From: a virus
Length of the DNA stretch: 64,000 bases
Reading direction: 5' to 3' (one strand)
IMG/VR virus record: IMGVR_UViG_3300042478_002320
Location: 14,884-78,883 of that record
This document shows positions 36,856 through 45,552 of the stretch, piece after piece. Position numbers and translations under genes: made by a program. How positions within the stretch are numbered: position 1 is the stretch's first letter; the number at the start of each line of letters is the position of its first letter. Below the pieces are notes generated by a model, which worked only from the letters and a program-made list of their open reading frames with translations, was not told the DNA's origin and ran no database searches.

Positions 36856-36903
36856 GTAATTTCATAGTTAGGACAGACAGATATACTCAAGGTGTAATTT
36901 GTC

Positions 36904-37060
36904 CCATATTTTGATTCTAACGAATGATTAAGTCCTGACTAATGTTGTACCCTACTTTATAATAAAAGTCTCTCAGATTCAAAATATGGACTTTGTATGG
37001 TATTGTATGGACATAAAAAAAGGTAACCTTTTGGGTTACCTTTATTCTCCGGGTAGTGGT
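36904..37060. repeat. cassette spacer repeat A, copy 1 (about 85-nt imperfect palindrome plus terminator)
   Basis: ATATTTTGATTCTAACGA...TCTCAGATTCAAAATAT, then AAAAAAAGGTAACCTTTTGGGTTACCTT. Confidence 0.85.
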
Positions 37061-37066
37061 GGTAGA

Positions 37067-37594
37067 TTAATAAAATAGTTCTTCTTCAAGTCTACGTTTC
37101 TCACTATAAACAGAACAATACTTGTCAATCATATGTACTTTAAGAACATCAGCACCTAATTCTAATACCTGTGCTACTGATTCTAAAGGATACGCATCAT
37201 TTCTGTAATGTTCTCTCCAATGTTTCATAATATTTACCTTACCTTTGAAATCATAGGATAGTTTTCTACTACCCTCTTCTAAAGAAAGTTTAAACCAAAT
37301 AGTTATACTCGCCCTCCCGTGGCCGAAATAATAACTACAATCTATTCCCTTTGTGTTTCTAAAATATGTAAGTTGAGTTTTAATAGATGGCTGATTTTGT
37401 ATAAGACCTAATTCTTTTATGTAAGAATTCAACTTAGTTTCGTAATCTAATACTAAATCTCTGAATTTGAAGTAAACTTTATAGTTATACTCCTCGATGT
37501 CTGCGGATTCATTATTTGATTCGCTAATTATCTTCTTTAGATAATCGAATTTAGATAAATCTACGTTTCCGTCGTTTGCTCTGATAGTGTACAT
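37067..37594 (-). CDS. hypothetical early protein (cassette)
   Basis: own promoter (37632-37663) and own terminator. Confidence 0.7.
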   Translation of the reverse strand: MYTIRANDGNVDLSKFDYLKKIISESNNESADIEEYNYKVYFKFRDLVLDYETKLNSYIKELGLIQNQPSIKTQLTYFRNTKGIDCSYYFGHGRASITIWFKLSLEEGSRKLSYDFKGKVNIMKHWREHYRNDAYPLESVAQVLELGADVLKVHMIDKYCSVYSEKRRLEEELFY

Positions 37595-37631
37595 AATATT
37601 TAGTAGTTTAGTGGTTAAAAAAAGTTCGCTG

Positions 37632-37663
37632 CAAAGATAATAACATTGTTTTCAAAAAGTCAA
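37632..37663 (-). promoter_or_regulatory. Bacteroidetes sigma-A promoter
   Basis: TTG-N21-TATCTTTG on the minus strand. Confidence 0.75.
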
Positions 37664-37697
37664 GTCCTTTCCCAAAATTTTTTTAAAATATTTTTTA

Positions 37698-37856
37698 GCC
37701 ATATATTTTGATTCTAACGAATGATTAAGTCCTGACCAATGTCCAATACCAAAAATATATAAAAGTCTCTCAGATTCAAAATATAGGCTTTATACGGTTA
37801 GTATAGGCACAAAAAAAAGGTAACCTTTTGGGTTACCTTTATTCTCCGGGTAGTGG
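37698..37856. repeat. cassette spacer repeat A, copy 2
   Basis: same palindrome plus terminator. Confidence 0.85.
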
Positions 37857-38174
37857 TTAGTTAGTTCCTATTTCTCTCAAAAGATAATCTATATCAACTA
37901 TATCCGAGAATTCATAACTATATTCATCGTAATCAATTGGATTATGGATTTCAAAATGTATGTCCATACCCTCAGGGGAAAACACAATGCATCCATATAT
38001 ATCATCGTCTTTATCAAAAATATCATTTCTCATAGACAAATCATACATATCTAAAGTTTCCTTTATGAGATATGCCGTTCTGTCTTGATTGACTGAAATT
38101 GTGTTTCCATTCAGAACAAAGTTTATATTACAGTAAACATTGTCTTTAACTTGAAAATTTAATAGTGCTAACAT
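37857..38174 (-). CDS. hypothetical early protein
   Basis: 105 aa acidic ORF. Confidence 0.65.
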   Translation of the reverse strand: MLALLNFQVKDNVYCNINFVLNGNTISVNQDRTAYLIKETLDMYDLSMRNDIFDKDDDIYGCIVFSPEGMDIHFEIHNPIDYDEYSYEFSDIVDIDYLLREIGTN

Positions 38175-38195
38175 ATTTTTTTGATTTAGTGGTTT

Positions 38196-38513
38196 TTAAT
38201 TACCGCTTAATAAATATTCTAATACACTATCAGCAAAGTGTATTTCCTCTCCTTCTATAATATCTAAAATAACTCTCAAAAGTAAATCTATTGGAATATA
38301 ATTCCAATTTAGATGAATATCTTTTAGGGTTATCACCTTTCCGCTATAGGTTACAGTTACGTTTTTTTTGTTTATCAACTTGAAAAAGTTTTCTTCATCA
38401 ACTTGTTCACCGTTTGATGACTCAAGGTAGTTAATAACATCCCTTGAATAGGATAGTAAATTAGATACTACTTGATTTTTTTCTTTTCTGTTCATTGAGA
38501 TATCTATTCTCAT
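38196..38513 (-). CDS. hypothetical early protein
   Basis: 105 aa; promoter at 38540-38571. Confidence 0.65.
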   Translation of the reverse strand: MRIDISMNRKEKNQVVSNLLSYSRDVINYLESSNGEQVDEENFFKLINKKNVTVTYSGKVITLKDIHLNWNYIPIDLLLRVILDIIEGEEIHFADSVLEYLLSGN

Positions 38514-38539
38514 AATTGTTTAGTGGTTTTGATTCGCTG

Positions 38540-38571
38540 CAAAGATAACAACATTATTTTGATATATGCAA
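38540..38571 (-). promoter_or_regulatory. Bacteroidetes sigma-A promoter
   Basis: TTG-N21-TATCTTTG. Confidence 0.75.
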
Positions 38572-38596
38572 GTCATTTCCCAAACTTTTTTTTTAT

Positions 38597-38741
38597 CCGT
38601 ATATTTCGATTCTAACGAATGATTATATTCTGACTAATGTCTGATACTATAAGTATATAAAAGTCTCTCAGATTCAAAATATGAGCTTTTTATGGTATTG
38701 TATGGACATAAAAAAAGGTAACCTTTTGGGTTACCTTTATT
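38597..38741. repeat. cassette spacer repeat A, copy 3
   Basis: same palindrome plus terminator. Confidence 0.85.
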
Positions 38742-38760
38742 TGTGGTGATGGGGGGGGGA

Positions 38761-39021
38761 CTATTTGTTAAATATTATATCAGACATACGCTTTCGATTA
38801 TTGATTTCGTCTGATGCAATAGCATCTATCAATTGTCCAAGTAGTTCAACAGTTCTAAAACTATATATATTTTTATCGGATTCCCTATGGTTTGCAACAC
38901 AATGGTTTGCAACACATCTTAATGAATCCAAAATACAAGGATTTCCCCCGTGTAACTTTACTGATGCAATTGCAAAATCTAAAAAATTAGATGTTTCGTT
39001 TTCTAAAGAATCTACTGTCAT
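38761..39021 (-). CDS. hypothetical early protein
   Basis: 86 aa; internal CVANH duplication; promoter at 39047-39078. Confidence 0.6.
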   Translation of the reverse strand: MTVDSLENETSNFLDFAIASVKLHGGNPCILDSLRCVANHCVANHRESDKNIYSFRTVELLGQLIDAIASDEINNRKRMSDIIFNK

Positions 39022-39046
39022 TTTTTTGTGGTTTTAATAATTTTAG

Positions 39047-39105
39047 CAAAGATAACAACATTGTTCTGAGAAAATCAATATTCTCTTTAGTTAAAATTTT
39101 GTTAA
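39047..39105 (-). promoter_or_regulatory. Bacteroidetes promoter plus TTAAC repeat operator
   Basis: TATCTTTG box; GTTAA repeats at 39089 and 39100. Confidence 0.7.
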
Positions 39106-39198
39106 GGTATTGTGGAATTTCCTATACCTAACTTTAGGTATGAGGGTAGTACCTAAGATCAGGTAGGGATCCATAGGCCGGATCCGCAGCAGCAACCA

Positions 39199-39283
39199 CA
39201 ACACGCAATTATCTCATTTGTGGAAATACCTTATAGGTAATAAAAAAAGGTAACCTTTTGGGTTACCTTTATTCTCCGGGTAT
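39199..39283. repeat. cassette spacer repeat B, copy 1, plus terminator
   Basis: AACACGCAATTATCTCATTT..TACCTTATAGGTA, then GGTAACC hairpin. Confidence 0.8.
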
Positions 39284-39295
39284 GTGGGCAGACTT

Positions 39296-39703
39296 TTAAC
39301 CGTATACCACCTTACCAAAAAATACAGTTTGCAAAATAACATCTCCTGTAACTGCATCATCTTCTTCATTTATCATTTGCAGAAGATATTCAGAAGGTGA
39401 GTGCTGAACCTTTTTATGGATATCTTCTAAGGTTATAACTAATATTACAGAATCTTCTACCTCACTACAATCTTCTTCAATCGTTATGATATTACCATCT
39501 TTGAGAATCTGCAATAGTACATCTTCATAGCATACACTTGTATCTTTTAATTTTGATTTAGCACTCTCATAATCGTCTGTATGGTATCCTATTGATAATC
39601 CATAACTCGTACATATGTATGTTAGAGAGTTGCATAAAGCATTGAAGAATATCTCCTCACTTAGTTCAGGAGTTAATGAGATTTGTAAACCTTGCTTGTT
39701 CAT
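39296..39703 (-). CDS. hypothetical early protein
   Basis: 135 aa; DAVTGDVILQ..FFGKVVYG. Confidence 0.7.
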   Translation of the reverse strand: MNKQGLQISLTPELSEEIFFNALCNSLTYICTSYGLSIGYHTDDYESAKSKLKDTSVCYEDVLLQILKDGNIITIEEDCSEVEDSVILVITLEDIHKKVQHSPSEYLLQMINEEDDAVTGDVILQTVFFGKVVYG

Positions 39704-39734
39704 AATATTATTAGTTTATGTGGTTTAATGGTGA

Positions 39735-40025
39735 TTACTTTTTTACAAAAACACTATATGTATATCTATTCCTATGATTATTGGCAACATAGGGAGTTTC
39801 ATAAACACATTGGGTTTCCTCATCCCATTCCTGAAATCCGAAATCATAGTTCAGATTGAACTCTTCGAATAGGTTTAGGACAGACATAAGCCTATCTTCT
39901 TCCCACATATAAAAGTACATATCTGTTTCTACTTGAGGTGGTTTTGCGCTATCATCACATTTGATGTAATAACCGAATTTTAAATCTAATTTGGACTCTA
40001 AGGTCTCTACGAATTCTTTTGTCAT
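39735..40025 (-). CDS. hypothetical early protein
   Basis: likely start MTKEF at 40025, downstream of the promoter. Confidence 0.6.
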   Translation of the reverse strand: MTKEFVETLESKLDLKFGYYIKCDDSAKPPQVETDMYFYMWEEDRLMSVLNLFEEFNLNYDFGFQEWDEETQCVYETPYVANNHRNRYTYSVFVKK

Positions 40026-40053
40026 AATAATATGGTTTAGTTTAAGTTCGCTG

Positions 40054-40134
40054 CAAAGATAACAACATTGTTCTGAGAAAATCAATACCCTGTTTAGTTA
40101 AAATTTTGTTAAGGATCCGTTAAGGGTTTGTTAA
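40054..40134 (-). promoter_or_regulatory. Bacteroidetes promoter plus four 11-bp-period TTAAC repeats
   Basis: CAAAGATA at 40054; NGTTAA at 40096, 40107, 40118 and 40129. Confidence 0.75.
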
Positions 40135-40158
40135 CGGTCTTGGGGGGGGGTGCCCCCC

Positions 40159-40260
40159 TCTTAGGGATCTAAATGCAGCAGTTACTGTAACACGCAATTA
40201 TCTCATTTGTCCAAGTACCTTATAGGTAAATTACAAAAGGCAGCCTTTTAGACTGCCTTC
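40159..40260. repeat. cassette spacer repeat B, copy 2, plus terminator
   Basis: TCTTAGGGATCTAAATGCAGCAGTTACTGTAACACGCAATTATCTCATTT..TACCTTATAGGTA; AAGGCAG/CTGCCTT hairpin. Confidence 0.8.
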
Positions 40261-40291
40261 CTTAGTTATGCGATTGGGTTCACCCGATTTT

Positions 40292-40855
40292 TTAGTTTTT
40301 GTGGTGAATATCAAATTTGTCTAATCTTATTTCAGTTATTGACTGTATCTTTGGGCAGATGACTTTTACATCGTGTTCAATACCCGCCAATTTTTGCTTG
40401 AGAGATTCACCCTTTGGTGGTAGTATTGAAACTATGTCCTTGTAGGCTATCTCTACATCGTTTACATAGTACTTAGTTTCTATAGTACTATTTTTTGAGA
40501 ATGTGAATTGTGCGTAATGTAAACCTGTAGGTGGGTAGTATTTAACAATGTCGCTGATCCGTACAGCACCTTTCCACAATGGTGATGACTGCCAAGTAGA
40601 GAAATCTAATCCCTCTTTACGCATAGTGGTCTCAATCGCTTTAAGGTAACTCCTATTTGCACAGAAGATATAATTTGCTACTTTTACAAGTTTACCCCCT
40701 AAAAGAGCTTGTGCTTTTTTGGATAGTTTCACCTCAGTCTTTAAGGTAACACCTGTAAATGGCATTCCTTGGATACTTTTTAGATAATTTACTAATTGGT
40801 CTTCATTCATTACGATGACCTTTCTCTCAATGATGGTAGTAGTGGTAGTATTCAT
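40292..40855 (-). CDS. hypothetical early phage protein
   Basis: 187 aa; own promoter (about 40882-40912). Confidence 0.7.
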   Translation of the reverse strand: MNTTTTTIIERKVIVMNEDQLVNYLKSIQGMPFTGVTLKTEVKLSKKAQALLGGKLVKVANYIFCANRSYLKAIETTMRKEGLDFSTWQSSPLWKGAVRISDIVKYYPPTGLHYAQFTFSKNSTIETKYYVNDVEIAYKDIVSILPPKGESLKQKLAGIEHDVKVICPKIQSITEIRLDKFDIHHKN

Positions 40856-40977
40856 ATGGTTGTTTTGATTTTAATTCTCTGCAAATATCTATACTATTCT
40901 ATTCAAATGCAAATGTACTTATGTTAAGATTATGTTAATGTTTAGATCCACCCCACCGGGGGGGGGGCAGGGCCGGA

Positions 40978-41078
40978 TCTTAGGGATCTAAATGCAGCAG
41001 TTACTGTAACACGCAATTATCTCATTTCATCAAGTACCTTATAGGTAAATCAAAAATGGGAGACTAAGAGCCTCCCAT
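40978..41078. repeat. cassette spacer repeat B, copy 3, plus terminator
   Basis: near-identical to copy 2; TGGGAG/CTCCCA hairpin. Confidence 0.8.
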
Positions 41079-41158
41079 CAAACTAAACCACTAAGTAATC
41101 AATCATATCTTTGGGGGATGATGAGTTCACCAATCCCCCCTACGTAACTATATATAGA

Positions 41159-42007
41159 CTATAACAGTATCTCTGCTTCCTCAAACAACCTTCTGTTGAT
41201 TGTCTGTAACTTGGTCATATCCTGTAGTTTCTTAGCCTTACGGAATCTGATTCCATCTTCAGTACTTCTGTGGCTAAGGAATCCTCCCTCTACTACCTTC
41301 TCCTGAACTACATTTAATACAGTCCATAAGTTGATACCTTCGTCCTCTCTTCTCTTAGTCCATAGCATGGAATCTAAAGTGAGGGATTCTACACTACCTA
41401 TGTAATCTGCAACACCCTCTTCAGGTATGTTATTTCTGATGGCTAATGCCTTTGCTGCGAATGTCCTTGCCTCGGTGATGGTTAGAACCTTGTTCTGCAT
41501 CTTGTGAATAGGCTCCAAGGAATCAACAATCTTAGACACCAACTTGAACATGGTCTCTCTCAAAGACTCCATGGTATAGTCAGTATGCTTAATCCTGAAG
41601 CCATCTGAGAATGACTCATTATTAATTTTTACAGGTACAGACAGTCCGTTCTCACATACTAAGCGGAATAGACCCGCATAGAACCTGAAGGATGACTTTC
41701 CATCGTGTGAGTTGATGAATGTTACCTGTGGGTATATTACGTCATCTCTCATTCCCTCCTCTGTAGCTTTCTTAATAACGATAGGTTTGTTAATCCTGAA
41801 CTCTACCTTATGCTGCCCGTATGGGTTAGTGGTCTTAGACCTCTTCTGCTTTGCAGCTACAGGTGTCCAACCCAACTGAATCATATCCTCTATTACTTGC
41901 ATAGAAGATATGAATGTGTATCTTTTAGATACTGTAGATACGGCTCCCGCACTTTTGATGGCAGGTGCTAATGAGATTAAATTCTGTAAGTTTAGTTCGT
42001 TAATCAT
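41159..42007 (-). CDS. DUF932/DUF945-family protein
   Basis: SKRYTFISS..VI, INSHDGKSSF.F.AG.FRLVC.NGL, LWT.LNVVQE. Confidence 0.85.
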   Translation of the reverse strand: MINELNLQNLISLAPAIKSAGAVSTVSKRYTFISSMQVIEDMIQLGWTPVAAKQKRSKTTNPYGQHKVEFRINKPIVIKKATEEGMRDDVIYPQVTFINSHDGKSSFRFYAGLFRLVCENGLSVPVKINNESFSDGFRIKHTDYTMESLRETMFKLVSKIVDSLEPIHKMQNKVLTITEARTFAAKALAIRNNIPEEGVADYIGSVESLTLDSMLWTKRREDEGINLWTVLNVVQEKVVEGGFLSHRSTEDGIRFRKAKKLQDMTKLQTINRRLFEEAEILL

Positions 42008-42038
42008 AACAATGTTTTTTTTTGGTTGATTGTTGATG

Positions 42039-42096
42039 CAAATCTACAACATTAGTTTGCACAATTGCAAGTACCCATATGTTAAGATTATGTTAA
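42039..42096 (-). promoter_or_regulatory. Bacteroidetes promoter plus TTAACA repeat operator
   Basis: TAGATTTG box; TGTTAA at 42080 and 42091. Confidence 0.7.
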
Positions 42097-42166
42097 TGTT
42101 TAGATCCACCCCACCGGGGAGGGGGGAGGGGAGGGGAGGATCCACTCCGAAAGTGTGCAAAGATTA

Positions 42167-42239
42167 AACACGCAATTATATCATTTCATCAAGTACCTTA
42201 TAGGTAAATCAAAAATGGAGGATCATAAAGACCCTCCAT
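42167..42239. repeat. cassette spacer repeat B, copy 4, plus terminator
   Basis: AACACGCAATTATATCATTT..TACCTTATAGGTA; TGGAGG/CCTCCA hairpin. Confidence 0.8.
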
Positions 42240-42273
42240 CAACACAATGACAACGAAAAAGCAAAGCACACAC

Positions 42274-42597
42274 TTAAACCACAAAAACATGTATATCGTA
42301 AAAGTCTAAACAATCTTTATCATTTATACTCCTCTTATTCTTTTGATATAGATCCCTCCCTATGATGTTAAGGAAGTATGCCTGATCATTTAAATACTCT
42401 AAATATTTTATACCATCAACCTTGGAAGATAATTTAAAAATAGAATCAGATTCATGATCATCCATATATTTTAAATTATCATTTTTAATTATACTTTTTA
42501 AAATATTAAAATCATTTTCATTTTTAATTTTATATTTTATTTCAAAGTAATTGTATTTTAAATTAACAGACTTGTTGTCAGTAAAGGGTTTCATCAT
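42274..42597 (-). CDS. hypothetical protein
   Basis: 107 aa ORF. Confidence 0.55.
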   Translation of the reverse strand: MMKPFTDNKSVNLKYNYFEIKYKIKNENDFNILKSIIKNDNLKYMDDHESDSIFKLSSKVDGIKYLEYLNDQAYFLNIIGRDLYQKNKRSINDKDCLDFYDIHVFVV

Positions 42598-42741
42598 TTA
42601 AAATTTAAAATTTAAAAATAGATTTCCTGTGAAAAAAAAGGGAGGGCGGGATGAAAACAGGGCAGATACACTCATTTTTTTCCATTGACATCCCCCTCCC
42701 TTAACACACACTTACAAGCATCAACCAAATAAACCTAAAAG

Positions 42742-42774
42742 TTATCCACATAGTTATCCACATAGTTATCCACA
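42742..42774 (+). promoter_or_regulatory. three tandem DnaA boxes (TTATCCACA, 12-bp period)
   Basis: perfect R-box consensus at 42742, 42754 and 42766 in non-coding DNA. Confidence 0.7.
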
Positions 42775-42993
42775 TAATGTTAATAACATAACAAATACGT
42801 TAGTTATCAATTGTTTTGAGTTAATCCCCTCCCTCCTCACTACCCTCAGTATCTTAGACTCATATAATTTATTTGACACCACGATTAGTTTAATACACAC
42901 TTTACTCTTTATACTCTTCATATTACTATATGGTTAAGTTTCCAATAAGCCCCCTCCCTTTGGTGGGGAGGGTGCTATACGATCTTAGTTTGT

Positions 42994-43269
42994 TTATTTC
43001 TTTATGTAGCAGATAGGGAATCCGTTCTGTGTTCTATGTGGATACTCTATTACGTTATTCTCTATAAGTACCTGTAGTATCCCTTCATTCTCTGAGTAGT
43101 CTTTTATAGCTACCTCTCCCTCCTGAAGATTCTCTATATACACTGTTGCCTTTGCTATAGGTGTATTGTCTTCTACATCTCTTAGTAGTATAGATTGTTT
43201 AGTACTGTCTGCTACATAGGTACTCATCTCTACCTTACAGCTGAATGATTTGAATTGGATTGGGTTCAT
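42994..43269 (-). CDS. phage protein (DUF4313-like)
   Basis: PIAKATV...VAIKDYSENEGIL..LIEN. Confidence 0.55.
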   Translation of the reverse strand: MNPIQFKSFSCKVEMSTYVADSTKQSILLRDVEDNTPIAKATVYIENLQEGEVAIKDYSENEGILQVLIENNVIEYPHRTQNGFPICYIKK

Positions 43270-43291
43270 CTCCGCAACTTTTTTTTGGTTT

Positions 43292-43507
43292 TTAATATAA
43301 CTTGTTTCGTATCTTCTTTACCATATCGGAAAGTACTACATACAACATAGCAATTAATCCTAATACTATGAATATTCCGAATCTTATTAAGAGTGGTGAT
43401 AGTACCCACCACCATGACCAATCAATGGTATCAGTTAGTTTAAGTACTACAAATACTATGGTTAATACTATGATATAGTCTAACCCTTTTCCTGCATCTT
43501 TGTCCAT
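43292..43507 (-). CDS. small phage membrane protein
   Basis: LTIVFVVLKL...IDWSWWWVLSPL. Confidence 0.75.
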   Translation of the reverse strand: MDKDAGKGLDYIIVLTIVFVVLKLTDTIDWSWWWVLSPLLIRFGIFIVLGLIAMLYVVLSDMVKKIRNKLY

Positions 43508-43544
43508 ATTTTGTTTTGTGATCAGTGATTATTTATAACAACAG

Positions 43545-43575
43545 CAAATATAATACAGTTTATTTAAAAAAACAA
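43545..43575 (-). promoter_or_regulatory. Bacteroidetes sigma-A promoter
   Basis: TTG-N20-TATATTTG. Confidence 0.65.
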
Positions 43576-43598
43576 GTTTTTTAAAAAAAAATATAAAA

Positions 43599-43976
43599 TT
43601 ATTTACTACGCCTTACCATAGACTCTTTACTCCTGAAGTCTCTATCCCTCCCCTTGTTTGGTTTGAATCCAAAGGATCTATAGAACTTGTTTAGTTTATT
43701 CACATTACCTCCATAGGCTGCATCAGGTGTTACGAATAAGTCTTTATTATTCGTTTCACTATACTTTACTAACTCACTCATTACTACACTTCCTATACCT
43801 CTATTCCTATGTTCTTTAGGTACCACTATCTTCTTCAGTTCTATGTAGTCTTCATACTCATCTACTTCTACATCTATATTATATTTCTGAGAGAGGCTGC
43901 TCCCCAAGTTTTCTGTGATGAAGTTCTTTAGAATGTTTACTAAAGAAGTATTCTCAGATATACTGTTTTGTTTCAT
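43599..43976 (-). CDS. GNAT acetyltransferase
   Basis: IVVPKEHRNRGIGS motif A; L.KFYRSFGF. Confidence 0.85.
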   Translation of the reverse strand: MKQNSISENTSLVNILKNFITENLGSSLSQKYNIDVEVDEYEDYIELKKIVVPKEHRNRGIGSVVMSELVKYSETNNKDLFVTPDAAYGGNVNKLNKFYRSFGFKPNKGRDRDFRSKESMVRRSK

Positions 43977-43977
43977 A

Positions 43978-44979
43978 CTAATACTTTTTTAAATATTTTT
44001 TTATATACTCTTCATCAGAATACTTATTTAAGTTTTTCATTTTGAAAAGTTCTAATTTTAATGTAGAATCATCTTCTAACTCATCTATATAATTTACAGC
44101 CTTATCATAATCGGAAGCTAAAACATTCACTAAGTTTTTAGGATATTTAGATGCATATGTAAAGTTATAATGTAATTTCATAAGATACATTAACCATTCA
44201 TCTAAACTGTTCCTACCCTCCGTTAAATCATATTCTTTACATAATTCAAAGAACTTATCTTCTATATTAAGTTCAAATGATTTTATCAAGGCAACTAAAA
44301 TTATAAATGTATCTAAACTTTCAATGTTTATTATAAATTTAGGATTAATTTTATAATTATACCTCGCTGCGAAAAGTAAAAGTCTTGAAGTAGTTCTTGG
44401 ATCGATTTCTAAAGCATTACTAATATTGTAACTACCATCAGAATACACATCTTTATATGATGATAACTTTGGATTTATCACTTTCTTAGATATATCTCTC
44501 AGAGCTCTCCGAGAGAATATGAGTGCATCAGGTCTAAGCAAAACTTCATTAGCTGTAAAGTCTCTACTTGTAAGATACGATTCTATAGAACTAACTATTT
44601 CCATTCTATCCTCATAGGAATTATAAATCCAAAAATCTCTAACTTCTTTATAATCATCTCCATAATCTTTAGATATATACACATAATCCTTATCTCTTAC
44701 AACCTCATACTTATACTCTATTTTATTATCATATAGTTGTAATGCTAATCTCGCAGCACCTCCTTTAGCATATATACCTTTAAACTTATATATGGGATCT
44801 TTAAGTTCAGAATCTAAATTTTTATTCTGTTTTCTTAAACTATCTACGACATCCTTTCCAAGACTAACAATCTTACTGTATTGATTATCTTCAGATACTA
44901 CAAAAGTATCTGAAAGTTTACTAATACTATTTGCCATCTCAGATAGTGATACTTTTTTAGAGGTACTGTTTTGTTTCAT
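43978..44979 (-). CDS. class II nucleotidyltransferase (poly(A) polymerase/CCA-adding-like)
   Basis: KGGAAR, RDKD, RDFTANE motifs; likely start MKQNS at 44979. Confidence 0.6.
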   Translation of the reverse strand: MKQNSTSKKVSLSEMANSISKLSDTFVVSEDNQYSKIVSLGKDVVDSLRKQNKNLDSELKDPIYKFKGIYAKGGAARLALQLYDNKIEYKYEVVRDKDYVYISKDYGDDYKEVRDFWIYNSYEDRMEIVSSIESYLTSRDFTANEVLLRPDALIFSRRALRDISKKVINPKLSSYKDVYSDGSYNISNALEIDPRTTSRLLLFAARYNYKINPKFIINIESLDTFIILVALIKSFELNIEDKFFELCKEYDLTEGRNSLDEWLMYLMKLHYNFTYASKYPKNLVNVLASDYDKAVNYIDELEDDSTLKLELFKMKNLNKYSDEEYIKKYLKKY

Positions 44980-44984
44980 ATTAT

Positions 44985-45287
44985 TTAATTTACTATTCTT
45001 ACTACTTTCATACGTTGTGCAAGAACCCAAGTACCTCCCTGACTTTCAGGTCTATTATACAATTCATAATCCTCTACATCTACTTCTATCCAAACTCTAT
45101 TCTTCTTGGATAGGTGAGGTGCTTCCATAACTAATGTACAGTGCCATCCCTTCCTCTCTTTGAATCCTTTTGTTTTATGATTCTCTGCTTCTAACCATAT
45201 ACCTTTAGGTAGTCTTAGTTTCTTGTTTATAAATAGTGGAGATATGCTATTATCTTTTAGCCTTCTTACTAACTTATATGCTTTCAT
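44985..45287 (-). CDS. hypothetical phage protein
   Basis: R.GWHC...APHL..RP.SQGG.W.LA. Confidence 0.7.
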   Translation of the reverse strand: MKAYKLVRRLKDNSISPLFINKKLRLPKGIWLEAENHKTKGFKERKGWHCTLVMEAPHLSKKNRVWIEVDVEDYELYNRPESQGGTWVLAQRMKVVRIVN

Positions 45288-45541
45288 TTGCTCCGCTTCC
45301 CAAAATTTTTATCTAAAATTTCAGTTTTTAGATCCTCGTAATAAGTTATGATTCCATAATTACCATAGATTTCTAATAATGATAGAATCTCATCAATAGC
45401 TATAACAGCACATTCTTTAGCAGCTAAAAAATCTATCGTGTTCCCAAATATACAGGGATTGCCATCATCTAAACAACCTATGGTACTTACTTGCACATCT
45501 GTAAATTTATTAACAAATTGTTCAGCACGTTCTTTTATCAT
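45284..45541 (-). CDS. hypothetical phage protein
   Basis: AKECAVIAIDEIL motif. Confidence 0.7.
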   Translation of the reverse strand: MIKERAEQFVNKFTDVQVSTIGCLDDGNPCIFGNTIDFLAAKECAVIAIDEILSLLEIYGNYGIITYYEDLKTEILDKNFGKRSK

Positions 45542-45552
45542 AATTTTAGTTT

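Noticed and set aside
36904-38741. Canonical integron attC sites
   Set aside because: RYYYAAC/GTTRRRY ends are not properly present and there is no integron integrase in the window; kept only as an analogy
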